From positions 39,146-103,145 of the IMG/VR virus record IMGVR_UViG_3300028840_004913: 64,000 nt of DNA; one strand, given 5' to 3'. This document shows positions 49,425 to 59,009 of the stretch, one piece after another. The stretch comes from a virus. Position numbers and translations under genes: made by a program. Numbering within the stretch: the first letter of the stretch is position 1; every line of letters starts with the position of its first letter. The notes under the pieces were generated by a model, which ran no database searches, was not told where the DNA came from, and saw only the letters and a list, made by a program, of their open reading frames with translations.

Positions 49425-49588
49425 GCGATATTTCCTTTTATTACGACCGCTTATGAGTCGTAGGTAACTCTTCTGCTTCCTCAAAGCGAGGATTTTGGGC
49501 CGACATTAAGAAATAACCCCATCCACGGTATGGATCGAGTAGCAATTCTGGCACGGCGAAAGCTCCGTAAGCATTATCCTGCTCTTTG

Positions 49589-49984
49589 CTAATATAGAGA
49601 TCCATTTGAATAAAACTCATACCTGCGAGCGATATCATTAACGTAGATCTGGCCCATGAACAGGACTATCTCCCCGTTTTTATAGAGGTATGTACCATTT
49701 CTGGTATCATCCTCGGCGTTGGCCTTGGACTCTATGACAACCCCATTCACAGCGAGGATCTCTTGCCACTCCTGGCCAGCATGTTCAGCCGTAAGGCCAT
49801 TGGCCTGGAATTTGGACATGGTTTCCTCGATATCAACTCCGGTGCATTTCCTGAGGGCCATGCGTAGCATCTGGCCTTGCATGGCCACCAGGACTGACCG
49901 AGACTTGTCAAGGTACCGGTCAAGCTGCAGGCTCATGAAGTTGTCGACGTCCCTCGATTTGAGGTCCTCTAACCGGTCGCCCAT
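49589..49984 (-). CDS. Hypothetical protein
   Basis: Translational coupling; RBS. Confidence 0.65.
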   Translation of the reverse strand: MGDRLEDLKSRDVDNFMSLQLDRYLDKSRSVLVAMQGQMLRMALRKCTGVDIEETMSKFQANGLTAEHAGQEWQEILAVNGVVIESKANAEDDTRNGTYLYKNGEIVLFMGQIYVNDIARRYEFYSNGSLY

Positions 49985-50220
49985 TAGCCGGCCTCCCCGT
50001 CATTAGGAATTATAGTTTCCTTTTGGGAACTATTGTTTCCCTCTGGCTTCGGGATATGGCGGCAGACCAGGCCAGGTTTTTGCTGATCACCAATAAAGGA
50101 TATCGTGGGAATCAAAACACAACCATGCTTTTTAAGGATCCCTTGGACTTCCTCCAGGCACCTGCGAGCTTTGAGCTCATTCAACATTTCCGGACTAATT
50201 TCTGGCTGATTTTCAGACAT
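49984..50220 (-). CDS. Hypothetical protein
   Basis: G-rich RBS. Confidence 0.6.
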   Translation of the reverse strand: MSENQPEISPEMLNELKARRCLEEVQGILKKHGCVLIPTISFIGDQQKPGLVCRHIPKPEGNNSSQKETIIPNDGEAG

Positions 50221-50266
50221 TGTAACCCCCCTAATTTATTGGTTTTTATGAAAAATAAACGACAAC

Positions 50267-51655
50267 CTATGCTGCGTCAACCATATCCTCAAATTCTTCA
50301 AAATATGCTATGGCTGATATTTGACCCTGAGCCGTAAAAACACCACCACCATTTTTCGTTAAAACGATATTGGTCACGGCTCCAGTTAAAGGCGAATTAG
50401 CGTTTGGATCAAAAAATTTATTCACCTTTGTATTTTTTGCGACGGCCTGATTTGTGGCTATCGACTGTATTGTGCCACCATCATTCCATTCGGCATCCCA
50501 TGTATCGCCACCTGCGAGCGCAGAGTCCACTCTCATTTGAACCCCTATCAACCGAGAACCTGCCGGAACAGCTACTCCGATCGACAAAGATGCAAAAGCC
50601 GCAATTCCGGTGAGGGCGATACTTTGCTTCCTAATTATCTTTCCATCATAAGCGGAGTTTTGAGATCCAATCTCCATAACCTCCGCTGTCACCGTATTCA
50701 CATCAAGCGAAGATGTTACCGGAGTCGTCCCGCTCGTCAATATAACTAACCCATTCTCGGATAAGATATCTCCCTTGAACCAGGCGTCTGTGCCATCAGT
50801 ACCATTCCAAAAAACAGGAACAGAGCCAGCTTCGGAATGGATCTCTCCGATCATAACAGCATCGGTCCCGTCGGTTCCAGGCTCGAACATTACAGATCCG
50901 TCCTCTGCGCGAATCTGACCCTTGAACCATCCGTCGGTTACGTCGGTGCCAACATCGAGAACGATTGTGCCGTCATGGGCTGCCAAGTTTATCTTGGACC
51001 ATCCGGTACCGAGAGATCCGGCACCTGGACTTGCAACAATATCTGACCCGTCTATCGTTTGCCACAAAGAACGAAGGTATGACGTACCCTGGCTTGAGCC
51101 GGATACGAGGATTTCTGAGCCATTCTGAGCACGGACATCACCCGTGAACCATGCGTCGGTCCCGTCAGTACCATTACCGAGAACTGCGGTTTCGTCGCCA
51201 GCCAGAATTCCCCCCTGGATATCCCCTATGAAATATCCACCACCGACTATCTGAATAATACCGGCAGTAATTTCGCTCAGGGTTTGATCGGCTCCAGATA
51301 ATACGATAGGGGATCCGTCCTCGGCCATAACGTCTGCCGTTATGAACGCATCCGTTCCATCCGTCCCATGATCCAATACAACCGTGCCATCTGCAGATTG
51401 AACATCACCCCTTAGATCAGCGATTGCAAGGGCGTCCGCGCCGTCGGTACCATGCTGAAATACCACGGTATCGTTTTCGGCCAGGATATCACCCTTTATG
51501 TCATATTCGATATATCCATTAACTGCGGCATCTGCCAGGATATTCAAATCCTCTGCGGACGCTACAACCAGGACGCCGAGATCCCCTATGCCCTCACCGA
51601 GAAACAGGCGTATGATATGGGTATCTTTGAAAAAAGCATCTTCTCTCCAAGACAT
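50267..51655 (-). CDS. Fibre-like protein with about ten 24-aa repeats
   Basis: Repeat consensus GD(I/V)xAEDGxxVLxxGTDGTDAWF. Confidence 0.65.
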   Translation of the reverse strand: MSWREDAFFKDTHIIRLFLGEGIGDLGVLVVASAEDLNILADAAVNGYIEYDIKGDILAENDTVVFQHGTDGADALAIADLRGDVQSADGTVVLDHGTDGTDAFITADVMAEDGSPIVLSGADQTLSEITAGIIQIVGGGYFIGDIQGGILAGDETAVLGNGTDGTDAWFTGDVRAQNGSEILVSGSSQGTSYLRSLWQTIDGSDIVASPGAGSLGTGWSKINLAAHDGTIVLDVGTDVTDGWFKGQIRAEDGSVMFEPGTDGTDAVMIGEIHSEAGSVPVFWNGTDGTDAWFKGDILSENGLVILTSGTTPVTSSLDVNTVTAEVMEIGSQNSAYDGKIIRKQSIALTGIAAFASLSIGVAVPAGSRLIGVQMRVDSALAGGDTWDAEWNDGGTIQSIATNQAVAKNTKVNKFFDPNANSPLTGAVTNIVLTKNGGGVFTAQGQISAIAYFEEFEDMVDAA

Positions 51656-51738
51656 AACTTACTCCTTTTCGCCACCAACCCCCCGACTTAATTAATCAAA
51701 GGGCCGCCGGCACTCGCCATTGGCCCCATGTTAGCGGA

Positions 51739-52296
51739 TTAAGGCACGTCGCAAGGCGCGATCGTATTATCCTGATTAAGAACGTAGGTCGCAACTACCG
51801 GATAGCTATTTCCGGATGGGCCCTGGACCCATACATCGATCTGAGTTGTGCCGGCAGGGATAGGGATATCAAGGACCGCTTGTGTCGGATCGGTCACAAA
51901 AACCGGAGGACCGTCACCGTTAAGAAGGACAGCGTACTGAAAATCGCCCAATGACTGCTCCAGCGCCGTCGCTCTGATGGACGTGATAAGATCGAATGCC
52001 GATACCCTGAGTGTACAAATACCAGGCTGCAAAATACCGATCAGCCCGTTGACACAAAGGAATTCAAATTCGTAAATACCACCGGACAAGCGTTCATCGG
52101 TGATAATCGGGACTTCGAGGCTCGGGCCCCCACCACCGGACACAACCGCATCGATCTCGGCCGCTGTGCTAACCAGATTTGTACCGAGATCGGTCAGCGT
52201 ATCTGTTACCTCTTCACCAAGCTGGCCATTATCGTCACCGAGAAACAGCCGGCTAACCCTGGTGATACCTAATTTGACGTCTTCTCTAAAACCCAT
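51739..52296 (-). CDS. Structural protein sharing its N-terminus with 50267-51655
   Basis: MGFRED......RLFLG...G.LG vs MSWRED......RLFLG...G.LG. Confidence 0.6.
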   Translation of the reverse strand: MGFREDVKLGITRVSRLFLGDDNGQLGEEVTDTLTDLGTNLVSTAAEIDAVVSGGGGPSLEVPIITDERLSGGIYEFEFLCVNGLIGILQPGICTLRVSAFDLITSIRATALEQSLGDFQYAVLLNGDGPPVFVTDPTQAVLDIPIPAGTTQIDVWVQGPSGNSYPVVATYVLNQDNTIAPCDVP

Positions 52297-52326
52297 TATT
52301 ACCTCCCAACCCCCTAAGATTATTAA

Positions 52327-52602
52327 TTAATCAACTAATGACTGTCCCGCAGCCTTTTGTCGCAGGACTTCCAAATCATCTATATTTGTGTAGGTCTGTG
52401 GTGAGTTGTCGAGCAAAGTTTTGATATGCTTAAAGGCGAATGCGATACCACGTTTAAATTCATTCCCGTCGTCCACAAGCCCCTCTTTTAACACATCATA
52501 TGCTCGATCGACGAACTTGCTAAAGCCGACGATCCCCGTCTCACCCATGCGAGCACCGTATCCAACCTCACGGCCCTCTACCTCATTGAAGCCTGGTACC
52601 AT
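52327..52602 (-). CDS. Hypothetical protein
   Basis: G-rich RBS; after the portal gene. Confidence 0.6.
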   Translation of the reverse strand: MVPGFNEVEGREVGYGARMGETGIVGFSKFVDRAYDVLKEGLVDDGNEFKRGIAFAFKHIKTLLDNSPQTYTNIDDLEVLRQKAAGQSLVD

Positions 52603-52623
52603 TACAACCCCCCCCGATTTTAT

Positions 52624-52872
52624 TTAGATTCTACCGGCCTCGTCAAGCTGGCCCATATACTTTTTCTTGGCGCTCTTGCTAACGTATCCGGCACCTTTCT
52701 TTTGGTCGCCAGTATCTCCGGCCTGGCTCTTCATCTTTTTATTCCGACGCCTAACTCTGGATTTCACGTCGCCGCCCATATCCGGCATCTCTGTGGACTT
52801 TTGCCCATCTTTCGCATAATTTCCGGTACTTGTGTCCATCTGGACCTCCTTATAATCTCGCCATCCGTTCAA
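52624..52872 (-). CDS. Hypothetical basic protein
   Basis: GGAGG RBS before MDTST (start probably 52839). Confidence 0.55.
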   Translation of the reverse strand: MNGWRDYKEVQMDTSTGNYAKDGQKSTEMPDMGGDVKSRVRRRNKKMKSQAGDTGDQKKGAGYVSKSAKKKYMGQLDEAGRI

Positions 52873-54931
52873 GAGGCGGCATTAATTTATTTTCTCCACC
52901 GTCCCGTAGAGGCATTGCACCACCACCTCCACCCATAGGCATCCCCATCTGAGCCTGCATCATATTTTGCTGCAGCATCATCTCGAGATCCTTATCTTCT
53001 GGAATGATTTCTTCCTGCATTTTCAGGGCCTTAACATTCTCTCGGAGCACCTTGGCCCTTCCACCGTAACCGATGATAGCCATGTCGACGTCATTATTAG
53101 TTAGAGCGAGGAATTCAGCCCGACGTGCCTGCAGTTGCTCAGCCTGGATCAGATATTCGCTGGCCCTGGCCATGACCTCAATATCACCCCGCGCATCGAT
53201 ATCATCGAATAGCAAGATATGTGTCCACATCGATTTGACAATCGGCTTGATCACATTCTGGTCAATAGCGACAATGGCATCCTTCATGATCTTGGAGGCC
53301 GCAGACATTAACATGGACAACCCGTGCGCGGTCTGACCGGCACCTGAGGCCGCCCCGCCAACACCGGATTCATACGCCGGCACACCTAATTGTTCGCCGG
53401 CCTGGTTAAAGAAATACTGGTAAACCTTCATCAGCATATCCGTCAGCGCATTCGGCTGATAGAAATGTATCGCCTTGTTATTCTTACCCATAGGATCCGA
53501 TTTGGTTTTCCAGATCTTCCAGGGATAGAGCTCTTCGAGGTTGTCGCCTGGATCCATTCGGTCCTTATGTATCTCAACTTGTGGGCCTGAGGCAATCGCC
53601 AGGTTATTAACCATGGCCCGAGCGGTAGCATTGCACACCCGCTGGCAATCTTCCATGTGCTCAGGTGGCGCAACACCCCATATGGAGTCATTCGACTGGT
53701 CAAAGGAAGCCCCATAATAAGGCTTCTCGCCAAGGGGATTATCATTCAGCCTGGCCATGATCACATGCCGGCCGACCATCATGCAGACACAGGCCACAGG
53801 CTCTGCCGGATTATCGATCTCTTTGGGATCCATCCCCCAATCAATAAGCAGGTGGCCAGGGATTTCCCCATGATATTCGAGGGTTTCGATAACTGCCTGG
53901 GGATCCTCTTGCTCATTTGGCCTGAATTCAATATTGGCTCTTTCCTGGTCTGTCCAAAGCCAATCCTGCAGCATGCCACCACGGTACTCTGTGAGGACCT
54001 CGTCAATGGCGTCCGAATCAAAGCCTGGAACACCCTTCATTTTGACAAGGTCATTCTCTCTAAGCCTCTGCCTTTCCAGGGAATATCCATCATTGATATT
54101 TTTGGCACCGGCTGCGAAGTACATATCGAATGGGCTCACACATTTCCATGAACGGTAGTAAACCCAATCGACCTTAGGGGTACGCTTTCCGTCTGGACCA
54201 TCCTCCCATTTAAGGGCTTTCTTTCGACGGATAAAGGGGCCTTTCAAAAAAGCGGTCGGATACGTTGCAAAGTCCTTGATAAACTTGGCAATCTCTCCGT
54301 AGAAGTCACCCTCGTTAAAGCCGTCCTCGATGATATCTGTGATACGCTCGGCTTCCTGGGCGGCCAGGGCTCGGTCTTCACGCTGCAGATCATTCCGCAG
54401 ATCCATCATGCGCTGATCAATCATATCCGGAGTGATCTCTGCCGCTGGCACGGTCTGCAGGATCATAGCCACCTCAGACTGTACTCGCTTTGTGAGACGG
54501 ATCTCCTGCTCAACCGGTAGGTCTGGAACTGGTGAAGGGGAAATACCCCATGGCTTCTCACCCGCTGGCAGCATAACGTCTTTGATCCAGGCCTCGATAG
54601 TCCTGCATTTGACGTTAGTTAGCATCATGAAGATCTGAGAGCCACCAAACTTGCGGATATGCGCCAGGTCATCCGGATCATACTTACCCTTCCGTTGCCG
54701 GATGCATTTTAAAAGGCGCTCTTCGACGAACCATTTGGTATTTTTTGCGGATTCCCAATGCTGCTTGATATGAGAGGCCAGGCCGATTATCTCTGGCCGA
54801 TTCTGCATTTCCTCGGCCTTTTTCCTATCGGACTCCATCTTGTCAAGCTGGTCATTGTTTAAAACCCGCAAGAGGCCATTCCGTTCAGGAATAGCCCCAT
54901 AGGTGGATTGCTGTACCGCTGGTGCAGGCAT
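52850..54931 (-). CDS. Portal protein
   Basis: 693 aa after terL; CQ..CNA.ARAMVNN.AIASGPQV, TA.GLSMLMSAASK; P22-like portal pattern. Confidence 0.9.
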   Translation of the reverse strand: MPAPAVQQSTYGAIPERNGLLRVLNNDQLDKMESDRKKAEEMQNRPEIIGLASHIKQHWESAKNTKWFVEERLLKCIRQRKGKYDPDDLAHIRKFGGSQIFMMLTNVKCRTIEAWIKDVMLPAGEKPWGISPSPVPDLPVEQEIRLTKRVQSEVAMILQTVPAAEITPDMIDQRMMDLRNDLQREDRALAAQEAERITDIIEDGFNEGDFYGEIAKFIKDFATYPTAFLKGPFIRRKKALKWEDGPDGKRTPKVDWVYYRSWKCVSPFDMYFAAGAKNINDGYSLERQRLRENDLVKMKGVPGFDSDAIDEVLTEYRGGMLQDWLWTDQERANIEFRPNEQEDPQAVIETLEYHGEIPGHLLIDWGMDPKEIDNPAEPVACVCMMVGRHVIMARLNDNPLGEKPYYGASFDQSNDSIWGVAPPEHMEDCQRVCNATARAMVNNLAIASGPQVEIHKDRMDPGDNLEELYPWKIWKTKSDPMGKNNKAIHFYQPNALTDMLMKVYQYFFNQAGEQLGVPAYESGVGGAASGAGQTAHGLSMLMSAASKIMKDAIVAIDQNVIKPIVKSMWTHILLFDDIDARGDIEVMARASEYLIQAEQLQARRAEFLALTNNDVDMAIIGYGGRAKVLRENVKALKMQEEIIPEDKDLEMMLQQNMMQAQMGMPMGGGGGAMPLRDGGENKLMPPLERMARL

Positions 54932-54960
54932 ATATGCTCCCTCGACTTAGAGGGCTATCG

Positions 54961-55179
54961 TCATAACCCTCCGATTTCTTTAAATAAAAATAGAGGTGGA
55001 TTATCCTGGGTGACTATCGCTCCAGACTTGCCACACCCACAAGGATCCCATGCACGGCCGCCGAATATCTCGATGGCGTCCAATGCTAATTGAGACGGTG
55101 ACAGGTTATCACCGCAAATTCGACATTTTATTTCATGATCGTCTCCTGCCTCGTATTGAGCCCAACCTTTTTTAATCAT
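54961..55179 (-). CDS. Small Zn-finger hypothetical protein
   Basis: CRIC...CGCG. Confidence 0.45.
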   Translation of the reverse strand: MIKKGWAQYEAGDDHEIKCRICGDNLSPSQLALDAIEIFGGRAWDPCGCGKSGAIVTQDNPPLFLFKEIGGL

Positions 55180-55186
55180 TCAGAAT

Positions 55187-55200
55187 ATACTCCATGTCAA
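55187..55200 (-). promoter_or_regulatory. TTGACA-N5-TAT motif upstream of the portal operon
   Basis: TTGACATGGAGTAT. Confidence 0.45.
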
Positions 55201-55203
55201 GGT

Positions 55204-56832
55204 TTATGTCCATCCCTTAGGGCTTGCCATTTGTTTCTGTCTCTCTACATGCTCCGGCGAGGCTTTCGGTGGCGGCTGCGGGACCGCGCCGGCAATGTCT
55301 CCCTTCAAAGCGAGCTCTTTAAATGCTGAGGCACCATGGCTGGCCCAATCATGCAGGATCTTCTCTTTGAAGCAGCCGAGCTTATCATTCCATTCTTTAC
55401 GCAGGGAATCCAGGCAATCTATCCCCCGCTCACAGCCGGCTTCATCAAAATAACAGATCGGCAGGAATAGCCTGACGGATTCAATCTGCATCGTCTCTGA
55501 TACACGAGGGCCAATATCGAATTCAACGCCAGCTTCCTTACATAGCTGCCAGACGCTCTTATCCAGCGCCCAAACGTGCTGAGCCAAGTCATGAGGGCCT
55601 TGCCATAGCCTTATCCGAGATTTGTGCTCCTTAGCCCATTCTATCGCATAATCACGGTAATGGGGGAAGCCCTCACCAGAGTTTTCGTAATAATGTAGCA
55701 GGTGGACCTCACGGCCGACGTTCTGAGCGAACCAGATCGCTGTTTCATCATGATACCCAATATCCCAATATGTGTCTATCGGCAGGTGCTCGACGACAGG
55801 GACCCTACCTATTCGGCCCTGCTTCCTGGCGGCTCGCATCTGTTTCTGGTAGTAGGCACCCTCCATAGATTTATAAAAGGCCTCTTCCGGAGTCGACGGG
55901 TGCTCTTGAAACATAAACTCACCCTGAGTCGACTCTGTCTCGACATACCATGCCTTTTGCTCTTCTGTCAGGTGGATCCTGTGCTTAACCTCGAGCTCTT
56001 CGAAATAATCCTTCAACCTATCAGGGGTAGCTGTCCCGCTCGGCTCGAGTCGATTGAGATCATTCTCTGGCCACCCGAAAAAGAAAAACTTGTACTGCTT
56101 CTTACCGAGATTAGACCTCATATCCTTTAAGGCTCTGGCGGTCTTGACCATCTCGTAATATTTACCCTCGCGCCCCTCTGCCGTGGATTCGATCGTCACG
56201 ATATTGCCGGCATGGATAGCATTTAGGGTACCGGTGATAACCTCCTGGGCTTTCAAGGGATACTTGGCGCAGATCTTCCCGAGCTCAGAGATATGGATCA
56301 ACTGGTAGGTACCAGACCGGCCAGACGTCGTCACCCTGATGGAGGATCCGTTTTTAAAGGACAGGTGTTTGCTCGAGATCTTGCTGCCACCCATCTGATT
56401 TTTTAATTGTTCCGGAAGGTTATCGTAGGCGAACTTCACCTTCTTTTGGAAAAAGTCCTCGGCATCATCCTTGTTATGGGCGATAATAGCCGCATGCGTA
56501 TTAGAGTTGAACATGCAGATATCCAAATATAACAGACACATAAAGGTGGTGATACCGTGCTGGCGAGATTTAAGGATGATATTGCAGTACCACATCCCAA
56601 GGTATAGTAGCTTTTGGGCGTAGTTCATTTGAAATGGGATCTGGTTACCATCGGCATCTACTATCTGATACAGATTATCTATTCGCCACCGCTGAGATGC
56701 AAATTTTTTATGAAGCTCGATGTATGCATCTATCTCGGTCGGTGGCATGCCTGCCAGTTTAAGCTGCCGTTTTAACTCGGTATAATACTCAGGACTCCTG
56801 ATCTCCGGCAATTTGCTTGTTTCTACAATCAT
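55204..56832 (-). CDS. terL: Terminase large subunit
   Basis: LKSRQHGITT (Walker A-like), IHISE, ESTAEG, WDIG..D.TAIW nuclease motif. Confidence 0.95.
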   Translation of the reverse strand: MIVETSKLPEIRSPEYYTELKRQLKLAGMPPTEIDAYIELHKKFASQRWRIDNLYQIVDADGNQIPFQMNYAQKLLYLGMWYCNIILKSRQHGITTFMCLLYLDICMFNSNTHAAIIAHNKDDAEDFFQKKVKFAYDNLPEQLKNQMGGSKISSKHLSFKNGSSIRVTTSGRSGTYQLIHISELGKICAKYPLKAQEVITGTLNAIHAGNIVTIESTAEGREGKYYEMVKTARALKDMRSNLGKKQYKFFFFGWPENDLNRLEPSGTATPDRLKDYFEELEVKHRIHLTEEQKAWYVETESTQGEFMFQEHPSTPEEAFYKSMEGAYYQKQMRAARKQGRIGRVPVVEHLPIDTYWDIGYHDETAIWFAQNVGREVHLLHYYENSGEGFPHYRDYAIEWAKEHKSRIRLWQGPHDLAQHVWALDKSVWQLCKEAGVEFDIGPRVSETMQIESVRLFLPICYFDEAGCERGIDCLDSLRKEWNDKLGCFKEKILHDWASHGASAFKELALKGDIAGAVPQPPPKASPEHVERQKQMASPKGWT

Positions 56833-56989
56833 TCTCTATCCTTAGGGTATCCTCACAACTGCATTTCCAGGCGTGAATGACCTCAAAGTAGATCCCATCC
56901 CCCTGAATTATATAGACTTTCGGCTCCATATCATTGAAGCAATATGGGCATGTCGGCGGCATATCGACTGGTGGTAGCTTTATTTCCAT
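56789..56989 (-). CDS. Small Zn-ribbon protein
   Basis: CPYC...W.C.C. Confidence 0.5.
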   Translation of the reverse strand: MEIKLPPVDMPPTCPYCFNDMEPKVYIIQGDGIYFEVIHAWKCSCEDTLRIENDCRNKQIAGDQES

Positions 56990-57183
56990 GACGCATCCAT
57001 TGCCTCTATCAGTACAAAATCCGGATTCAACTTCATCCGTTTATCGAGCTCAGCCCCACCTCTATACGCATTACGAAGGCTCGGCCTCTGTGTCATAAAC
57101 AAAGAGCCGTCCGCTCGAGTCCCGAGATAGCGGCCAGATTCACGGCTCATAACATAGTAATACTTTTCGCTATCCGAACTCAT
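56980..57183 (-). CDS. Hypothetical protein
   Basis: G-rich RBS. Confidence 0.55.
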   Translation of the reverse strand: MSSDSEKYYYVMSRESGRYLGTRADGSLFMTQRPSLRNAYRGGAELDKRMKLNPDFVLIEAMDASWK

Positions 57184-57200
57184 ACCCCCCCCAATTTCTG

Positions 57201-57497
57201 CTATAAGCTATCGTAATAATTAACAATCTCGACAGCGGCTTGTCTGCACCATTTCCTAAGAAACCTTGTTGTGGCCAGGCGCTCTGCCTCCGTATATGAG
57301 TCTCCGATGAACAGGTTACACCCTGGCCCGACAATCATAAGTCTTATCAGATATTTATCTGAATTAGGGTAACAGCCGATAAACACCGTCGGACAACAAA
57401 TTCCATCCGGCAGATACATTGCCATCAACTTTTTGACTCTGTCCCTGGCCTTCACGTCCGGAACGAGTCCGCTTTTTACCTTCATTGCATAAGCCAT
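57201..57497 (-). CDS. Hypothetical protein
   Basis: Overlaps the upstream stop. Confidence 0.55.
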   Translation of the reverse strand: MAYAMKVKSGLVPDVKARDRVKKLMAMYLPDGICCPTVFIGCYPNSDKYLIRLMIVGPGCNLFIGDSYTEAERLATTRFLRKWCRQAAVEIVNYYDSL

Positions 57498-58096
57498 CCT
57501 TTTATGTACTTCATGTCGTAAAGCGCTGAGATCGGGATCATATATGCATTCGCATCCTTAATCTCACCGTACTGACGCTTCGTACCCTTAGATAGCTTCT
57601 GTGCGCGACTCCAAAATTCCTCTGATCCAATCCATCCTACAGCCCAGGCGTCATGTACTGTGCTGCGATCTTTAGGCATAAACACCTTCTGAAAGACGTA
57701 TGCCTGGCACCGCTGCTTATGAGGCCTATCATCCCAACACGAGCTCACCAGGCAATCCCAATGCATCTGAGGATACTGGTGAACGGTAGCCGTCTTTATC
57801 TCAGTCCGTACTTTACCGAGCATAAAGTCGTAATCGCCGGTATCGTGAAACACCGAATCCGGCAGTTTGTAAGTTGACTTGAACATCAACTCACCCCTTG
57901 GGCCCATTAAATGGCGCTGCATTGCCTTCTCTGTCTCTGCATAACCAAACTGATTTGTACGCCTATCACCGCTGACTCCGGCCATCTTGTCCATGGCCAT
58001 TGCTACGGCCTGCTCTTCGATCTCTTCGTTCCAGACTAACCTCTTGAATCTTTTGGGTGATGCTACTCTTTCCCAGGTCATTTTGATCTCCTTCAA
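57482..58096 (-). CDS. Restriction-endonuclease-fold (PD-(D/E)xK) protein
   Basis: G..GE..F...D.GDYDF......EIKT...AYVF...GWI. Confidence 0.6.
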   Translation of the reverse strand: MKEIKMTWERVASPKRFKRLVWNEEIEEQAVAMAMDKMAGVSGDRRTNQFGYAETEKAMQRHLMGPRGELMFKSTYKLPDSVFHDTGDYDFMLGKVRTEIKTATVHQYPQMHWDCLVSSCWDDRPHKQRCQAYVFQKVFMPKDRSTVHDAWAVGWIGSEEFWSRAQKLSKGTKRQYGEIKDANAYMIPISALYDMKYIKGWLMQ

Positions 58097-58328
58097 ATGT
58101 TAGCGGATTAAGCTCTTCGATCTCACAGATTAAGCCATGAGGCTGAGATTGTCTATGCCTATATCCGCTGGTTTCAAGTTATTCAGGCGGCTCATGTACG
58201 CCTGACTGCAGTTCACCCTCTAAATGTTAAAACCATAATACCACAGTTTTGTATGGAATGGTGCAAAGTTTTGTATAAAAACAACACATTTCTTGTACCA
58301 AATCGATCAAAAAACAACATATAAATTG

Positions 58329-58404
58329 TGGGGTGACCCTGAGATTTGAACTCTTTCACGATATTCACAGTATCGCTGGCTTGCGCCACAGCCACGAGGC
58401 CACC
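58329..58404 (-). tRNA. tRNA-His(GUG), short T stem
   Basis: G-1:C73; CGATA-CTGTGAA-TATCG; CCA. Confidence 0.8.
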
Positions 58405-58412
58405 ATAAATGC

Positions 58413-58491
58413 TGGTCGCGGAGGCAGGATTTGAACCTGCGATCTGATGGTTCCAAACCACCCGTCCTAAGCCAGACTGGACCACTCCACG
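58413..58491 (-). tRNA. tRNA-Pro(UGG)
   Basis: GGTGG-TTTGGAA-CCATC; C1-G72, A73, CCA. Confidence 0.92.
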
Positions 58492-58492
58492 A

Positions 58493-58569
58493 TGGTACGG
58501 GATGCTGGACTTGAACCAGCAAATTACGGTTTCTAAGACCGTTGCCTATTCCAATTCGGCTAATCCCGC
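58493..58569 (-). tRNA. tRNA-Leu(UAG), short variable loop
   Basis: ACGGT-CTTAGAA-ACCGT; A73; CCA. Confidence 0.9.
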
Positions 58570-58572
58570 ACA

Positions 58573-58659
58573 TGGCAGCGGGTAGGTGATTCGAAAACCT
58601 GGACGCTATTAACGCCACCGGTTAGCAACCGGCTGGATTACCACTCTCCTCAACCCGCT
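58573..58659 (-). tRNA. tRNA-Ser(GCU)
   Basis: GCCGG-TTGCTAA-CCGGT; long variable arm; G73. Confidence 0.9.
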
Positions 58660-58676
58660 GTAATTACTATAAATGT

Positions 58677-58759
58677 TGGCAGAGGGTGGATGAATCGAAC
58701 ACCTACGTTTAACCGCACCACGGGGTTCAAGCCCGATTTGTCCCTTGACGGCACCCTCC
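58677..58759 (-). tRNA. tRNA-Ser(UGA)
   Basis: CGGG-CTTGAAC-CCCG; variable arm; G73; atypical D arm. Confidence 0.82.
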
Positions 58760-58760
58760 T

Positions 58761-58836
58761 TGGAAGAGGGTAATGGATTTGAACCATTAACAATCGGCGT
58801 CAAAGGCCGATGCTCTGCCAGTTGAGCTAACCCTCT
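58761..58836 (-). tRNA. tRNA-Gln(UUG)
   Basis: TCGGC-CTTTGAC-GCCGA; U73. Confidence 0.9.
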
Positions 58837-58844
58837 AATATTAC

Positions 58845-58923
58845 TGGTGTTCCTGGTGAGAATTGAACTCACGATCTCGAGATTGAAAGTCTCGTGGCCT
58901 TTACCATTTTGGCCCACAGGAAC
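58845..58923 (-). tRNA. tRNA-Glu(UUC)
   Basis: CGAGA-CTTTCAA-TCTCG. Confidence 0.9.
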
Positions 58924-58928
58924 ATTAC

Positions 58929-59004
58929 TGGCTGGCGCGGTAGGACTTGAACCTACGATATCCGGCTTAACAGGCCGGTGCATTGCCAACTTTGCTACAC
59001 GCCA
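58929..59004 (-). tRNA. tRNA-Asn(GUU)
   Basis: CCGGC-CTGTTAA-GCCGG; G73. Confidence 0.92.
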
Positions 59005-59009
59005 AATTG

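Noticed and set aside
25000-58000. Numerous plus-strand ORFs in the track
   Set aside because: They are antisense shadows of well-supported minus-strand structural genes and have no recognisable motifs.
58493-58759. Suppressor or selenocysteine tRNAs and stop-codon recoding
   Set aside because: The anticodons read UAG (Leu), GCU (Ser) and UGA (Ser), not CUA or UCA. Long ORFs are intact under the standard code.
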